NCBI RefSeq assembly: GCF_036321535.1
Contig: NC_087437.1
Coordinates: forward strand, 46,750,001 to 46,814,000
Source of the DNA: Camelus dromedarius
Taxonomy: Eukaryota
DNA length: 64,000 nucleotides
Reading direction: 5' to 3'
The notes under the pieces are model-generated. The model saw nothing but the letters and a program-made list of their open reading frames with translations, was not told the DNA's origin and ran no database searches. Below are positions 50,391-63,329 of this stretch, piece after piece (the stretch's first letter is position 1; every line of letters starts with the position of its first letter). Position numbers and translations under genes: made by a program.

Positions 50391-51749
50391 TCGCTCACAC
50401 TCTACATCACAGAGCAGGTTTGCCTCTGGAGACGTTGCGAGGAAGCGTGACAACAATGCCATGAGAATCATTTGGGAGACAAGATCTCAAGGCCCTGGCT
50501 GGTGGCACCTGAACACCATCCCTGGTAGCCAACAAAATATAACCAAGGGAATAGGCTTCCAAGAGCACTGTACAGCTTCACGTAGCATAGGACTTTCAGG
50601 ATCACCTGCTTGTGGAAAGTAGGAAACCAGTCCCCCTTTTTCTACAAGAAAATGCAATTATGCACACAAATAATAGTGGAAATTCTAACAGATCTTCCGA
50701 CGTGCTTCATGAAGCTCACTGGAATGATCAGACCTTATGAGTGTTCCATTTTATTCCAAGGGAAAACAAGATCTTTCTTGCTTCATAACATTTTGCAATC
50801 AGTGCAATAAAATAAAATAAGGAAACACAGCAAACTGTATAACTGCATTGCCATATATATATACATGTACATATCCATATGTACATATATATTAAAATAT
50901 ATGCTGGATAAGCAAGAAAGCTATTTATTAATTAAATGCTCTGAAAGGTATAAATTAAAATTTATGTATTTTCAGAAATTGTGGCATTAACTTTCTAAAC
51001 ATTTCATCTTGGGAATAGTTCTTTATTTTTCTCTTTCCAATAGACAGAATTAATCAGAATACAAAGGGAAAGGATATGCACCGAGATGGAAAAGTTAGAA
51101 AGTGAAAAAATACGTCAAGTGACAATTTTTTTAGTAGTTATTAGCTGATGGCATTTTCTTGCTATTTTAACAACAATATATTTTAAAACCAGTTCTTAGA
51201 TACATCATACATACTCATTAGAAAAATGTATGTGTGTAAATACTGTGTGTGTGTGTGTGTGAGAGAGAGACTCAGAGTCATTCTACTTCTCTTTCTTTCC
51301 AGGATGATGGCAATTCATCTTCTCCTACAGATTAACATTCCATTTCTCCCTGATTCAATTGATCGGAATACCTCAGTCCTTCGCCAGAGATTAGATAATT
51401 AACATGACCCTATGATTAAAACATAAAGAGTATATCTTTGTGCTTTACATTGAGAAAACTGGAGAAGAGAGAATCTTTTTTGTTTTTGTCCTATTTCTCC
51501 CATTTTATCACATAACCTAATAAGTATAATATAATAGCTTCACATTACACTTAAAATATAACATAAGCCTATTACTATGATCTAAAAGCCCTACATTATC
51601 TGGCGCTGCTTGTTTTTGTGACCTCATCTCTGTTTTTGCTTTTTCTCCTTGAGGTTCCTTGAACACGCCAAACATATGGACGTGGACATGCATATGTGGG
51701 CTTACTATTTCCTTTGCTCGCCCCACTCTTGCCCTAGATGAGAAGCCTC

Positions 51750-52201
51750 TTCTAACTGCAAATTAGAGTCACCTTGGGAACTACTCAAAGTACAAGGGTC
51801 TGAGCCCTGTCGCCAGACATTCTGACTTAAATGATTTTGAATGGGGTCTACGCATCAGGTTTTTTAAAACTCTCCTTAAGAGGTACAAACTATTATGCAC
51901 AAAATAAGCTACAAGGATATATTGTAAAACACAGGGAAAATAGACAATATTTTAGAATAACTGTAAATAAAGTATAACATTTAAAAATTGCGAATCACTA
52001 GATCATATATTTATTACTTACATAATAGTGTACTTCAACTATACTTCAATTTAAAAAAAAGAATTTGAACACTCTGTAATTCACCCTTTGCTTATTTTTC
52101 CTAACTATTGTATGTGTTTATATTAAGAATAAAAGAATTTCAAACATGAAAAAAATGTCTCCCAGGGAATGCTGATCTACAGACAGGACTGAGAGCCACT
52201 G
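51750..52201. mobile_element. MER5-family hAT MITE split by an L1 insertion
   Basis: Left half ctgcaaattagagtcaccttgggaac...ttttttaaaactctcc (to 51875) and right half cagggaatgctgat...gagagccactg (52163-52201) join into a MER5-like element. Confidence 0.75.
51876..52155 (+). mobile_element. 5'-truncated L1 tail with 3'-transduced sequence
   Basis: L1 tail 51876-52060 ending in A8, unique 88 bp at 52061-52148 with AATAAA 52128-52133, second A tract 52149-52155, imperfect TSD AAAACTCTCC / AAAATGTCTCC. Confidence 0.75.
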
Positions 52202-53459
52202 CACTGGATCTTCAAACGACAACTTCAGGTCTCTATTCAGAGAGTTTTCCACAGAGATCTCTCTCATGTCCGTGTAAAGAAACTCCAACCTCATAAGAGT
52301 ATCACTACTGGAAATCATACCATTATTTTTTTGTTTATGGAAATCTTCCTCCTTTGCTAGAGGAGTAATAACAATCTCATCTCCTTTACTAGAATATTAG
52401 TTCCATATTAGCAGGGACTTTGTGTATTCATGATTTTATTTCTAGTGCAATAAATACTCAAAAAACATTTGTTTAATAAATGGCCATCTGGCTGATAAAG
52501 ATAAGGTAAAAAGGGAAGGAAGATTAGAAGACTTTATGGTTTATTGAAGTACATTGTAAATATAACACACATTTGCAGGAATGTGTGAGTTTATGAGGAT
52601 TTGTGTGTGTGTCTGTGCATTCATGTATGACCTGCAAATACCCAGGCCTTGCTAGCGTATGGATACAAATGAGATCACAACAAGATTAATAATACAATTT
52701 TTCTTGGTCGTTGACTCTACCTGTTCAGGTAAAACACTAGAGCCTTGAAAATTTTCTGGAGTCTTACACATTGTCTTGAACCAGCCCACCAGGTAGTGTC
52801 TTTATACACTACCACTTTTATATTGTGCTCCTTTTTCTCTCTGAGCTCTTCGCGGTAACCAAGGACTTATGAACCTCTCTGAGGATGGCCTTCCTGGTGC
52901 CATCCCTGCTCCTGTGCACCACTAGAATGACAATTATCGTGGTCAAGGTGCCCTTTCCTGATGCCCCCAGAGCAGCCAGCCCTCCAGCAATCAGAGCAGT
53001 CTGCGTTCTGTGCCGAGATGGGGAAAATCACCCTCTTCTATGGTTCAAATCTAAGTTTCTGGAAGGCCTATTCACTTTTCTGTGCCCAGATGTCTCACAA
53101 AATCTCACGGGAGAAACACCTCCTCCTCCTCCACCAATAAACCACCTTTCTATCTACAAGATTTAAGGATTAAAGCTTGTGGTTGGCAGGGCACAGCCTG
53201 TTGTCCTCCAGCTCCCCGCCTCTATCGCTCCCTGCAGACAAAGAGCCCATCTCGAAGGGCCCCTTCTCTGTGCTTCAGACATTTGCATCTCCCAGGCAAG
53301 GGCTGCTGAGATACAGTGGTCCCACTAGTATAATCTGCACTTGGGCTTATATTATACACATACACAAACACGGTGCTGTATACACATAATTGGTATATAT
53401 ACAGACACACATATGTATGTGCATGTGTGCTTGTCTGTGTGTGTACTAAATATAAATTC

Positions 53460-53570
53460 AGAGTTATAGATTTGAGACTTGGACCTGCCTTTTGCTAGCT
53501 GCGTAAATCTGGGCAATCACTTAGCCTGTTGGAATATCAGTTCCTTCATCTGTAAATGGGGAATTTCAGT
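53460..53570 (+). mobile_element. MIR SINE fragment
   Basis: gctagctgcgtaaatctgggcaatcacttagcctg...cagttccttcatctgtaaatgggga. Confidence 0.75.
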
Positions 53571-53964
53571 AGATCCATAGTATTTACAAATTTAATGTTC
53601 ATGGAGTCAAGCCTGTGCAAGTGAACATGACGGATCATGACATGTGGTGATTTGTAATCTTACTGAGGCGTGAAACTGAGGCTCGTGTACCAAGGGGCTG
53701 TTGTGCAGAAATGAGCCAGTTAGCTGGGGTGTGAGCCTTGTTAACTACTCAACAGGCAACTGGCCACACAGTTTGTTGCTTGACCCTGCGTACACAGTAA
53801 GTCTCCTGAAGCAGTTAAACAAGAAGTGTGTGGGTTTGGGGGGAAAACACAATTAGCTGCTAATGCTGGTTGACAGAGATGAAAAAATACATAAAGATGT
53901 TCAATCTCATGATGTCTTTCAATGAAAAGCAGAAATCTTTACCAATTTTTCCTATGTATATCCC

Positions 53965-55320
53965 AAACGAAGGTTGAAAAATTATGTGCCCTCTCACACA
54001 TTTTAAATTGATGTGTAACATTTTCGAAGTTTAAATACTTGCAAATGATGTAATTTTTAGCATGCTATAAATATTGGCAACTTTAAATAACATTATTATG
54101 TCATTCTTAAATTGGTTCCAAAGAATCCTTATATCATAATGACTTGATAACCACTATCATCCATTACAAAAGTACACGAACAAGATCTTTTTAAGAGGAT
54201 GTTACATCAATTTTACCTCTTTAAACTCACATTTTCATTCCACTTGCCCTCAGAATTTTATCTTACTAGCATATATTTTGTTTGAAAGTCTATATTGATC
54301 ACTCTATCATATTCCTTTACAACAAAAATGTATGCATTTAGTTTTTTAAAATTTCCTGAACCATGAAGTTCTGTTTAAAAAATATTTTGAGTTCAATTAT
54401 CATTGTAATTTATAATATCATACAATAGATACAAACAACATAACTATATATATATATATAGCTATATATAACTATATATATATATATATATGTTTGATAA
54501 GTTATTAGCATAGAAGAAAAATTGTTGGATATTTAAGATACATCTCTTAAGATATATGAAGCTTATATCCTTGACTGAATATGACTTGCTCCTAGATTGA
54601 GCCAAGACTCAGCATTCACTGCACTACTATTTTTGTTTTTGTAGATGGAAGTGCTAAAAAATGTTGCCCACATAAAAATACAGAGGGAAATTGGAGGAGT
54701 TTTATTATACATATTGACACACGAGTCTTAGAACACTTTCCAAGTTATGGGCCTAGTGATTTATTATTAAAAATTATTTTAATGATATATCAGCCAACAA
54801 CTCAATCAAGAGCTCCTTCAATTTTGTTGAAAGACAATTACTGGATTTGAAAAGGATTATTGCCCATTAATTTATTCACTTGCCCAACACCTTCAACAAC
54901 TTTTCACACTAATATTAGATTAGACACTCAGATTTTTCTATTCTATGGCAATGTATCATGATGACATTAGGAATAGGTGAGAGGCATGCTTTTTTCCATA
55001 AAGTGAAAAAAGAGTGATTATAAAAGAAGTTGCAGAGAAGACTTGTTTGAGAAATAAGAACTCAGGTAAATCGATTTTAGGAAATCTGTTTCCTGAAACT
55101 ATCAAGAACTCACACTCACACATTCCTTGGGAAGTCTCCACACTCCAATTTGAAGACCTCCAGAATAAGTTAAATATTAATGATAAAGTATATTGTAATA
55201 ACTTTATATGCGGCACTCATGCAGTACTTGCAGAATTGCTTAACAGTTTTTACTGCTTCTTTGCATTTTATGGATGAAATATTATACTATTCGAGATTCT
55301 CAGCTTTGAAATTCCCACAA
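53965..55320 (-). mobile_element. hAT (Charlie-type) DNA transposon remnant with decayed transposase C-terminus
   Basis: Minus strand from 54708 translates IIKLLQFPSVFLCGQHFLALPSTKTK, resembling the hAT dimerisation motif LLPFPSTYLCExGFSxL..KTK. Upstream reads LIELLADISLKIIF. Outer boundaries uncertain. Confidence 0.6.
54445..54491 (+). repeat. Interrupted (TA)n microsatellite
   Basis: ctatatatatatatatagctatatataactatatatatatatatat read directly. Confidence 0.9.
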
Positions 55321-55909
55321 ATCTTAGGAGGTCTCCCTGGTGAATGTAGTACCTACTTCCCTACCATAAAGGGTTAGTCTGACATTAAAGGAGGTGAGGT
55401 GATGGAAGTGTTAGGTTAATTGCAAAGCATCATAGAAGTGTTCTGACAGGAAAGAAATGGCCTCCTTATGAAGGAGAGGACATGATGGCTCGGGAGGATG
55501 CTGTGCAATGAGGTCAGGACTAGGAAGATATTTACAGCTAAAGGGTCCAAGCAAAGATGTTACTTCAGGATAATGGCTACAGAAGCAGAAAGTACACATG
55601 CACTTGGCAAACCAAATAAGAAAGAATTAAGGTTTTTTTTTTTAAAAAAAAAAGGATTAAGGCGTGTTTTCTGGAGCCCAGCCTGAGCAGTTGAGCCGTC
55701 TGTGGCCAAAGGTTAGCTGTGAGGTAGGAGATAGAATCTACGCTTGAAAGTACATTCAGTTTCCATGAGTATTTTGCATTTTCTTTTTTGTTTTGTGTTT
55801 TCTGGTTTTCTTGTAAATGCCTAAAAGTGCTTTCACTGAAATCAGAAGAAAATGGCTTTATATCCTTTGAAGTCCATATTACATCAGAGATCAGAGCGCC
55901 TCCAGAGAG

Positions 55910-56085
55910 CAGACACCAGTAATCTCCTCACTGGCTCTGCGTTTCCTCTCTCATCTCCTTCCAACATATTCTCCACACAGCTGCACGGATGAGCTTTTAA
56001 AAGTGAAAATATAATACATTCTCTCCCCTCCTTAAAGCCTCCTTTCCACACTGCACTTGGATAAATCTTCATACGCTGTATGACC
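55910..56085 (+). mobile_element. L2 LINE fragment
   Basis: aatctcctcactggctct...attctccacacagctgcac...gagcttttaaaagtgaaaat...ctcccctccttaaagcc. Confidence 0.65.
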
Positions 56086-56090
56086 TACAC

Positions 56091-56501
56091 TAATGGTGTG
56101 TGGGACCTGGCTGGTACCAACCCACACAATTATTGTCAAATTTTATGAGCTGATGGTTAAACGCAGCATCATTAAAAATGGAATTGTATAACCCTGCAAT
56201 TAAATAAATCATATAAAAAGAAGGATAATGAATAGTCAATCCCAAATTCATCAATCCCTAATTATTTTACATTTGACTCTTACCTACATTGTTTAGTTAT
56301 GTCTATTGTATTTGTAAGGTAGATATACTATGTATCAATGTGCAGCCACACGTCCCTCCTCAACTCTGCATTCGGTGACACCAGCTAGTAATTTGACATC
56401 GGTTATGTGGTTGTATTTATGCCAAGGGAATCTGCAACACTGTAAATAAGGGCTTTTTCTCTCCAAGAGCTGGTTGTTAAATATTTACCAGCACACCACT
56501 G
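56091..56501 (+). mobile_element. MER63-family hAT (Blackjack-type) MITE
   Basis: Termini taatggtgtgtgg... and ...ttgttaaatatttaccagcacaccactg form a degenerate TIR; internal AT-rich body matches remembered MER63. Confidence 0.8.
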
Positions 56502-57809
56502 GGAGATAGGACTTGAACCTGGATTAAAGAATGGGAAGGCCAAGTTGATTTAACCTTGAATATTTCCTTGTGTCTCTTTTGGCATTTTCTTCTTATAGTC
56601 ATTCCCGGATGGTAAATTAAATTCTTTTAAGTGGTTGACAGTTAAAAATTTGCATTCATTCACTTAATTTTTGAAGTTACATTCTTCAAGAAACCATTGG
56701 CAATGATGTTTCATATGAGCTAGCACAAAATTCACATCTTTTAAGAACTCTACTTCTCTGCCCTCAGATACACTGGGAAACTTTTCTTCTTCAGTATTTA
56801 AATATATAGCATGCCAGACAGTATTATTTATTCACAGTTGTTCTCGTTCTTATCAATTAAAATCTTTTCAAATGACACAGTAAATTATAAAGACAACTTT
56901 TTTTTAAGATACATGGTAGCACTTGAGAAATAATCTAACACCCAGGTATTTTAAGATTAATATTCTCTGAGTCCAATTGTTATAATATCTATGGGACTTG
57001 TCCTGAACTGTATCAAGGGATCTGAAAATTAAATTATGTTCTTTTCAGCACTGCTGATAATAAGGATTTAACAATCATAATTTGTCAATTTGCTTGATAG
57101 AACAGAAGGCAGAATAGCATCCAGTTTAGTTTTTCTGTTTCACTACTGACTATAAGATCTTCTTTGAGGAGAGGCTATGCTTCACAAGCCATTCAGGAGT
57201 AGAAATGCTAAACCATTTTACAGCCTTTTTTCCCGCAGACTTTCCTCACACCTTTAGGAATAGATTTTGGAAGACAAAGATGTTTGTGTACTTGTGAGAT
57301 TCTACGTAGGGAATAAAGCTTAGACTAATTTAAAACCAAGACTGTTTTTAAATACTCTTTCCAAAAAAAGGAAAAAAAAGAAACAAAACCCAACCCAACC
57401 AAAACAAAACCTAAGATGCATGTTAAATACACTCCACACCAAATAGTGAGGACGTTTTAAATACTGTTGATACAGCTATCTTAATTTTCTGGGTCACAAC
57501 AAAGGTAACTTATCTGAACATGTGAGGGTCATGTAAGAGCTAAGGAAAATCTTTAAGTGAGAGGTGGACCACAAGGCCCAGTGGGTTATGTACATGAGTC
57601 AGTGTTAAGAAGATGCAAAGTGAAAGCATTGTCTCTTGGTCTACCTGGCAGTGCACTTTTTATAGGCATCAGGCAGGTGTTTATCTGATAGATCCAAGTA
57701 TGTGTGGCTCTGAAAAAGAGATAATGTTCTTGGGCTTCATCAATATTATCTCTGACTTCAAGTAGAAATGTGGGTGGTTTGAGATTTCGTAAAACCTAAG
57801 TTTAACACT

Positions 57810-58050
57810 TTAGGGGGGCTCTATTTTTTAATTACAGTGTTACAAATCAAAATTATGTTCAAGAATGAATATTTATTTAGAAGGAAAAAAGAAATTATAG
57901 TAACTATAACTTCACACATATTTCCTGGTGATGGCCTCATCATAGGACAACAGTTTTGTAATATTTTCCATAGAAAGAAGATAAAGATAACTCAGTCTTT
58001 CCTCTGATAGAGGTGATCCAATTTTGGTTTGATTGTAGATAATTTCGGGA
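57810..58050 (-). mobile_element. hAT (Tip100-type) transposase C-terminal remnant
   Basis: ORF 57912..58124 contains SEERLSYLYLLSMENITKLLSYDEAI, resembling the hAT C-terminal motif (S)EERLNxLSILSIE...LSY-E-I. Confidence 0.55.
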
Positions 58051-58159
58051 CGCATAAAACATATGACATCACATAGCAATATCCTCCCTGTTTGTAGTAT
58101 AGCTACATATTCGTGCCTCACCAACAGAGGGATTCTGATTGTTCCCCCTATTTGTCAGG

Positions 58160-58500
58160 TTCACTCCTGCCTCAGGGCCTTTGCACTAGCTGTTCCCACT
58201 TCCCAGATGCAGTAGCTCCTGATCTTTTCTTGGATGCCTCTTTCTCATCAGCCGAAATATCAGGTACTTGGACAGGTATCTTTAAACTATTCTTTAAAAA
58301 TAATTTCTTCCTTGGTATCAAATTACCTTATTTAATTTTTATATGACTCATTATACAAAATTATCCTACTTACTTATGCATTTTTATTTATTGTCTCTTC
58401 ATGCAGAATGTGTACTCCACAAGAACAAGAAGTTTGTTTAGACTATACAGTGTTTAGAATAGTTTTTTGCAAATTCAAAGACCTCAAATCTATTGGGTGA
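58160..58500 (+). mobile_element. L2 LINE 3' fragment
   Basis: ctcctgcctcagggcctttgcactagctgttccc...agaatgtgtactccacaagaacaaga...gtgtttagaatag. Confidence 0.75.
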
Positions 58501-60158
58501 CTATGTTAAGAAGGAAAAGGAGGTGAGAAAGGTTGGTTCTGATTCTTGGAAAATTAGGAGCCTAAGAAGAATAGAATAATGATCACAAGGATGTCAGGTA
58601 TGGAATTATGACATATTTAAGAAAGAAATTGTGAATAGGGCTCAGTACATTAATCAGTAGTAGACAGACTTTTCTAGATCTTGCTTCAGTGTCTTTTGGG
58701 ATCCTGAGAAATGCCAAAAAAAAAAAAAAAAAAAAAAAAGCAGAAAGAAAACAGAAAGGTGACCTCTCCTTTAAGGGGCATTAGAGAAGAAATTAGGAAA
58801 CATCCCCTGAATCAAAAAAGTGCCTGACTTTGCCATTGTTGGGCAAAGGGTTCACATCTGTTATGTTTCAGGGCACAGGTTATTACCTAGTGTCCCATTG
58901 CCCAGTGTTGCTTCTAGGAGAGCGAAATAGGTCCTTGGCCCAAAGCGAGCTTGATGCTTAGTCCTTATTCTGAACATCTCTGATGAGGCAGATACAAATT
59001 ACGTCGCAATTTTGCAGGTCAAAGTTGAGGTACTGCACTAGACTCTAGTTGAATATTTCTCCTGAAGCATTTAACTTGATGTCAGTGATTTTAGTGAATT
59101 TCCTAACACGTGTCATGCTTTATAGAATATTGGGTCTTTTTTCAGTCATGGACTGTCTAAATTACGTAGTCGATTAACTGATTTTTCAATTCTCATTCAG
59201 CTGTTTTTGACCAGCCCGGACAGTGTTTTTCTCCAATCAACTCTCCTGCACCCTGTTACGCTGTGCTATTTGTAATGAGCGATTCTGACTATCTACCAAA
59301 ACTGGGTAATATTTCTTCCTCACTCCTTATTCCTCAGAACCCACCAGGCTGCTGCCTAAGGAATGCAGTAGAATCTCTTCCTAAATGTGTGAGACTGAAG
59401 TTTTAAAAGCCATGCATTGATTATATCTATTTTTTTTCAACACTGGTGGATTTCATTATAACAAGAGGATCACATAAGTATTTTCAGCTCATCTAAGTAA
59501 TGTCAGAATTTCATCCTTTTTCCAAAGCAACTGTTTGAGTTCGGTGGTAGACACATTAAAATATGTACAGCGCCATCTTTTGATGGCAATCACTGCAAAA
59601 AAAAAAAAAAATTACAATCACTGACATCCATCGCTTTAGCTTTTGCCAGCTTTTTAAAAATGATGACAACCTACAGCCCTCTCGGACCAGACTAGCAATT
59701 TCCCCCAGTCACGTCGTCACTTGCTTTTTATTGTTGTTTTCAGGTGAGACCAGCTGCCTTGTAATCACTGATACGTCAGGGGGAAAAGTCACTTTCCACA
59801 AGAGAGAGAAACAGTAAATATCCTAGGAGGCAGAACTCCCCCAGAAATCTTAAAAAATCTAAAGACATGATTCTCTACTTAATGACACTATGATCACATG
59901 GGTGACTTTCATAGTGTTAATGTTAGTTTTGGATCCACTGACAGGCAAGGTTGCTCACAAAAGGTTCTGTCTGTTCTCTCCAGTTTGTATGTATAGAACA
60001 AAGACACAGACAATGGCCATTGGTTTTAAAAAAGAGTATAAAGTGCAAAGAACTATTTTATCTAGTAATCTTACTTTATCTATGCAGAACCATAGATAAA
60101 TAACAGCCTCTTTGGGCATCACTCCCCTCAACTTCAAAGTTAACTAGATACTTTTTCA

Positions 60159-60297
60159 GGGTGTGAGGAGTATAGCTTAGTGGTAGAGCATGTGCATGGC
60201 ATGCACAAGGCCCTTGGTTCAGTCCCCAGTGCTTCCATTTAAGAGGCAAAATAAATAAATAAATAAAATTAAAATATGTTAAAAAAAAAAAAAAAAA
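60159..60297 (+). mobile_element. tRNA-derived camelid-type SINE with perfect 17-bp TSD
   Basis: A-box-like TAGCTTAGTGG, B-box-like GGTTCAGTCC, (AAAT)n and poly(A) tail. TSD AAGTTAACTAGATACTT at 60137-60153 and 60313-60329. Confidence 0.9.
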
Positions 60298-61564
60298 GAG
60301 AGAAAGACCACGAAGTTAACTAGATACTTAAAAAAAAACTCCTTTCACCTAGAAAGTTCTATGGTCTGGTCTATTGCTATTAAATTATCACAGTGTTTAG
60401 CACCTTAACTGTATCAAATGGAAAGACAGATGTTACTTTATCATCATATTACCAATTTGATACAAATGTCCCCTGCTATGGGAAGAAGCCAGAGAGAAGT
60501 GGAAAGAAGGATAAACAGTTTCTCCTTGATAATTCCAAGGGAGCCAAGAATTCCTCTTTATGGGCCTACAGGAAGTGTTTGGGTGGTAAAAGGAAGGAGT
60601 AAATTCCTTTACTTTTTATGAGATAAATTTGAAAAACACGACAAACAATTTAATTATATCTTTCTAGTTGGTTAAGGCACTTACGCTTGTATGGAAATCG
60701 ATGTATTCATTCTAAGAAACTATTGTGTTCTTATGATTTTTGTAAAAATACATAAGGTTATGCTTTTTTAATCTAAGAATCGAGATAACAAAGAATTTTA
60801 AATATAAATCTCCAGCTGAAAAACAGTTATATAACTAAAGATATATGAGAATAAAATATGTATGTATATACATATGCAAGTAGGTATATATATATATATG
60901 TTTTTTTAACTAATCTCTCAACTGAGAAATTACCCCATCATCAACAAACATTAGGAAAGAAATACAGTGTTTCAAAAGGGGAAAAAATTGATTCTTTAAA
61001 TAAAAAGAGAAAAAAATGTAATATCCTAAGAAGATAAGAATAATTGCCTCCACACTGAGTTGTATAATATTAAGCTACTATTAACATCCAGACAAGCAAT
61101 AAATATTTTCTCTGAAGAATTTAGTAAGTATTGTGTTATGCATTATATGTGAGTTTAAGGTCAGAATAAAATCCTAGTATCATCTAGGAATTTTGGAAGA
61201 AGGGTTGTCTGATAGATGTCATAGGAACTGAAGAAAGGAATCAAAAGGAAAAGAAATGTATCAGTCAATCACTCTCTCCTCCCCTCTTCTAATTTGCAGG
61301 TGTCTCACATTGATTAGAATAGGATCCAGAAGTCAAGCAATTCTGATAATAAGATTGGGGGTTATTACTCGCAGGGCACAGACATGGAGAGAACTGGGGC
61401 CAAACTAATAAAAAGTGAAGAGGATCCTCATCTATTTTATACCATTTTTATTGAGTAATTAATTATTCCATTTATTTTAAAGCAATTTAATGTTATTCCT
61501 GTACTAAGTATTATTGAGAATTATAAAAGAGAATTAAGAATATACAAAACTTTAAAGACTGGAC

Positions 61565-63329
61565 AAAAATTGTTAAAAATAATAAAAAAATTCAGTAAAC
61601 CTGCAAGATGTAAAATCAATGTACAAAAGTCTGTTGCATTTCTATTCACTAATAATCAACTATCATAAAGAGAAATTAAGAAAACAATTTAATTTACGAT
61701 TGCATCAAAAATAATAGTGTACCTAGGAATAAACAGAACCAAGGAGGTGAAAGAACTGTATGCTGAAAAGTATAAAACATTGATAAAATTGAAGAATACG
61801 TCAAAAATCTAAAGAAAAAAGGAAAGATATCCCATGCTCATGGATTGAAAACATTAACATTGTTAAAAATTTCCATACTACCTAGAGGAATGTGCAAATT
61901 CAGTGTAACCGCTATCAAAATTTCAATAGCATTTTTCACAGAAATAGAACCAACAATGTTAAAATTTCCATGGAACCACAAAAAGCAAAAAACCCTGAAA
62001 AGCCAGAGCAATTTTGAGAAAGAAGAACGAAGCTGGAGGTGTTATGCTCCCTGCTTGCAAACAGCTCTTGTAGTCAAAACAAGAGAGTACTAGCATAAAA
62101 ACAGACACAGGGGTCAATGGACTAGAACAGAGAGCTCAGAAGGAAAGCCACACATATATGGTCAATTAATTTATGACAAAAGAGTCAAGAATATACAATA
62201 AGGAAAGAACAGTCTCTTCAATCAATTGTGATGGTAAAACTAGACACTGAACCACTATCGTATACCTTATACAAAAATAACTCAAAATGGATTAAAGACT
62301 TGAATGTAAGACCTGAAATTATAAAACTTCTTGAAGAAATCATAGGTAGTAAACTCCTTGAACTTGGTCTTAGAAGTGATTTTTTTGGCTCTGACTCCAA
62401 AAACAAAGGCAATAAAAGCAATGGGAGGAAATTTTTATAAATACTATATCTGATCAGGGATTAATAGCTCAAACATATAAAGAATTCATATAACTAACAG
62501 CAAAAACAAAAATAAAAAATAATTTGATGAAAAAAATTGGCAAAGAATCTGAATAGACATTTTCCGTAACAAGACATGTGGATGACCAACAGATACACGA
62601 ATAGATGCTCAACATCACTAATCATTAGGAAAATTCAAATCAAAACTACAAAGAGCTAGCGCCTATTGGAATGGCTGTAATCAAAAAGACAAACAAGTGT
62701 CGGAACCAATGTGGAGGAAAGGAAACCCTCGTGCACTGTTGGTGGGAATGTAAATTTGTGCAGCCACTATAGAAAACAGTACGGAGGTTTCTGAAAAAAT
62801 TAAAAATAGAACTACCATATGACCCAGCACTTTCATTTCTGGGGTATTTACCCAAAGAAAATGAAAACATTAATTTGAAAAGATGTATGTTCATTGCAAC
62901 ATTATTTATTCACGTTTGTCAAGATACGGAAGCAACTTAAGTGTCCACTGATAGATGAATGGATAAAGAAGATATGACTACTATTCAGTCATAAAAGATA
63001 AAATAAAATCTTGACATTTTCAACAATATGGTTGGATCTTGAGGACATTATTCAGTTATTGAGTGAAATAAGTCAGACAGAGAAAGACAAATACCATATG
63101 ATCTCACTTATATATGGGATCTAAAAAAAATCCAGGACTCATAGATACAGAGAACAGAATCGTGGTTGCTGGAGGTGGGCGTGGAGGGTAGGTGAAGTGG
63201 GTTAAGGGGGTCAAAAGGTACAAACTTATGTTATGAAATAAATAAGTCATGGAAATGTAAGGAACAACACAGTGACTACTTAATAGTTTTACATATTTGA
63301 AAGTTGCTAAGAGAGCAAATCTTAAAAAA
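61565..63329 (+). mobile_element. 5'-truncated L1 (RT C-terminus to 3'UTR)
   Basis: ORF2 remnants LKISILPRGMCKFSVTAIKISIAFFTEIE and NSKWIKDLNVRPEIIKLLEE; 3'UTR ends aatcttaaaaaa. Confidence 0.9.

Noticed and set aside
50864..50886. ATGTACATAT-CC-ATATGTACAT inverted repeat
   Set aside because: Embedded in low-complexity TA/CA sequence where such palindromes arise trivially.
58717..58739. Isolated A23 tract as a retro-insertion
   Set aside because: No clear TSD or upstream element; indistinguishable from a slippage-expanded mononucleotide run.
59568..59597. Full CTCF site with upstream TGCAG module
   Set aside because: The core has three mismatches to CCASYAGRKGGCRS and the TGCAG spacing looks shorter than I recall for the extended motif; kept only as a weak mention.
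60165..60237. tRNA-like sequence (also 3845-3916 on the minus strand)
   Set aside because: Followed by AT-rich/poly(A) tails and, at 60 kb, flanked by a TSD; stems are degenerate. These are SINE heads, not tRNA genes.
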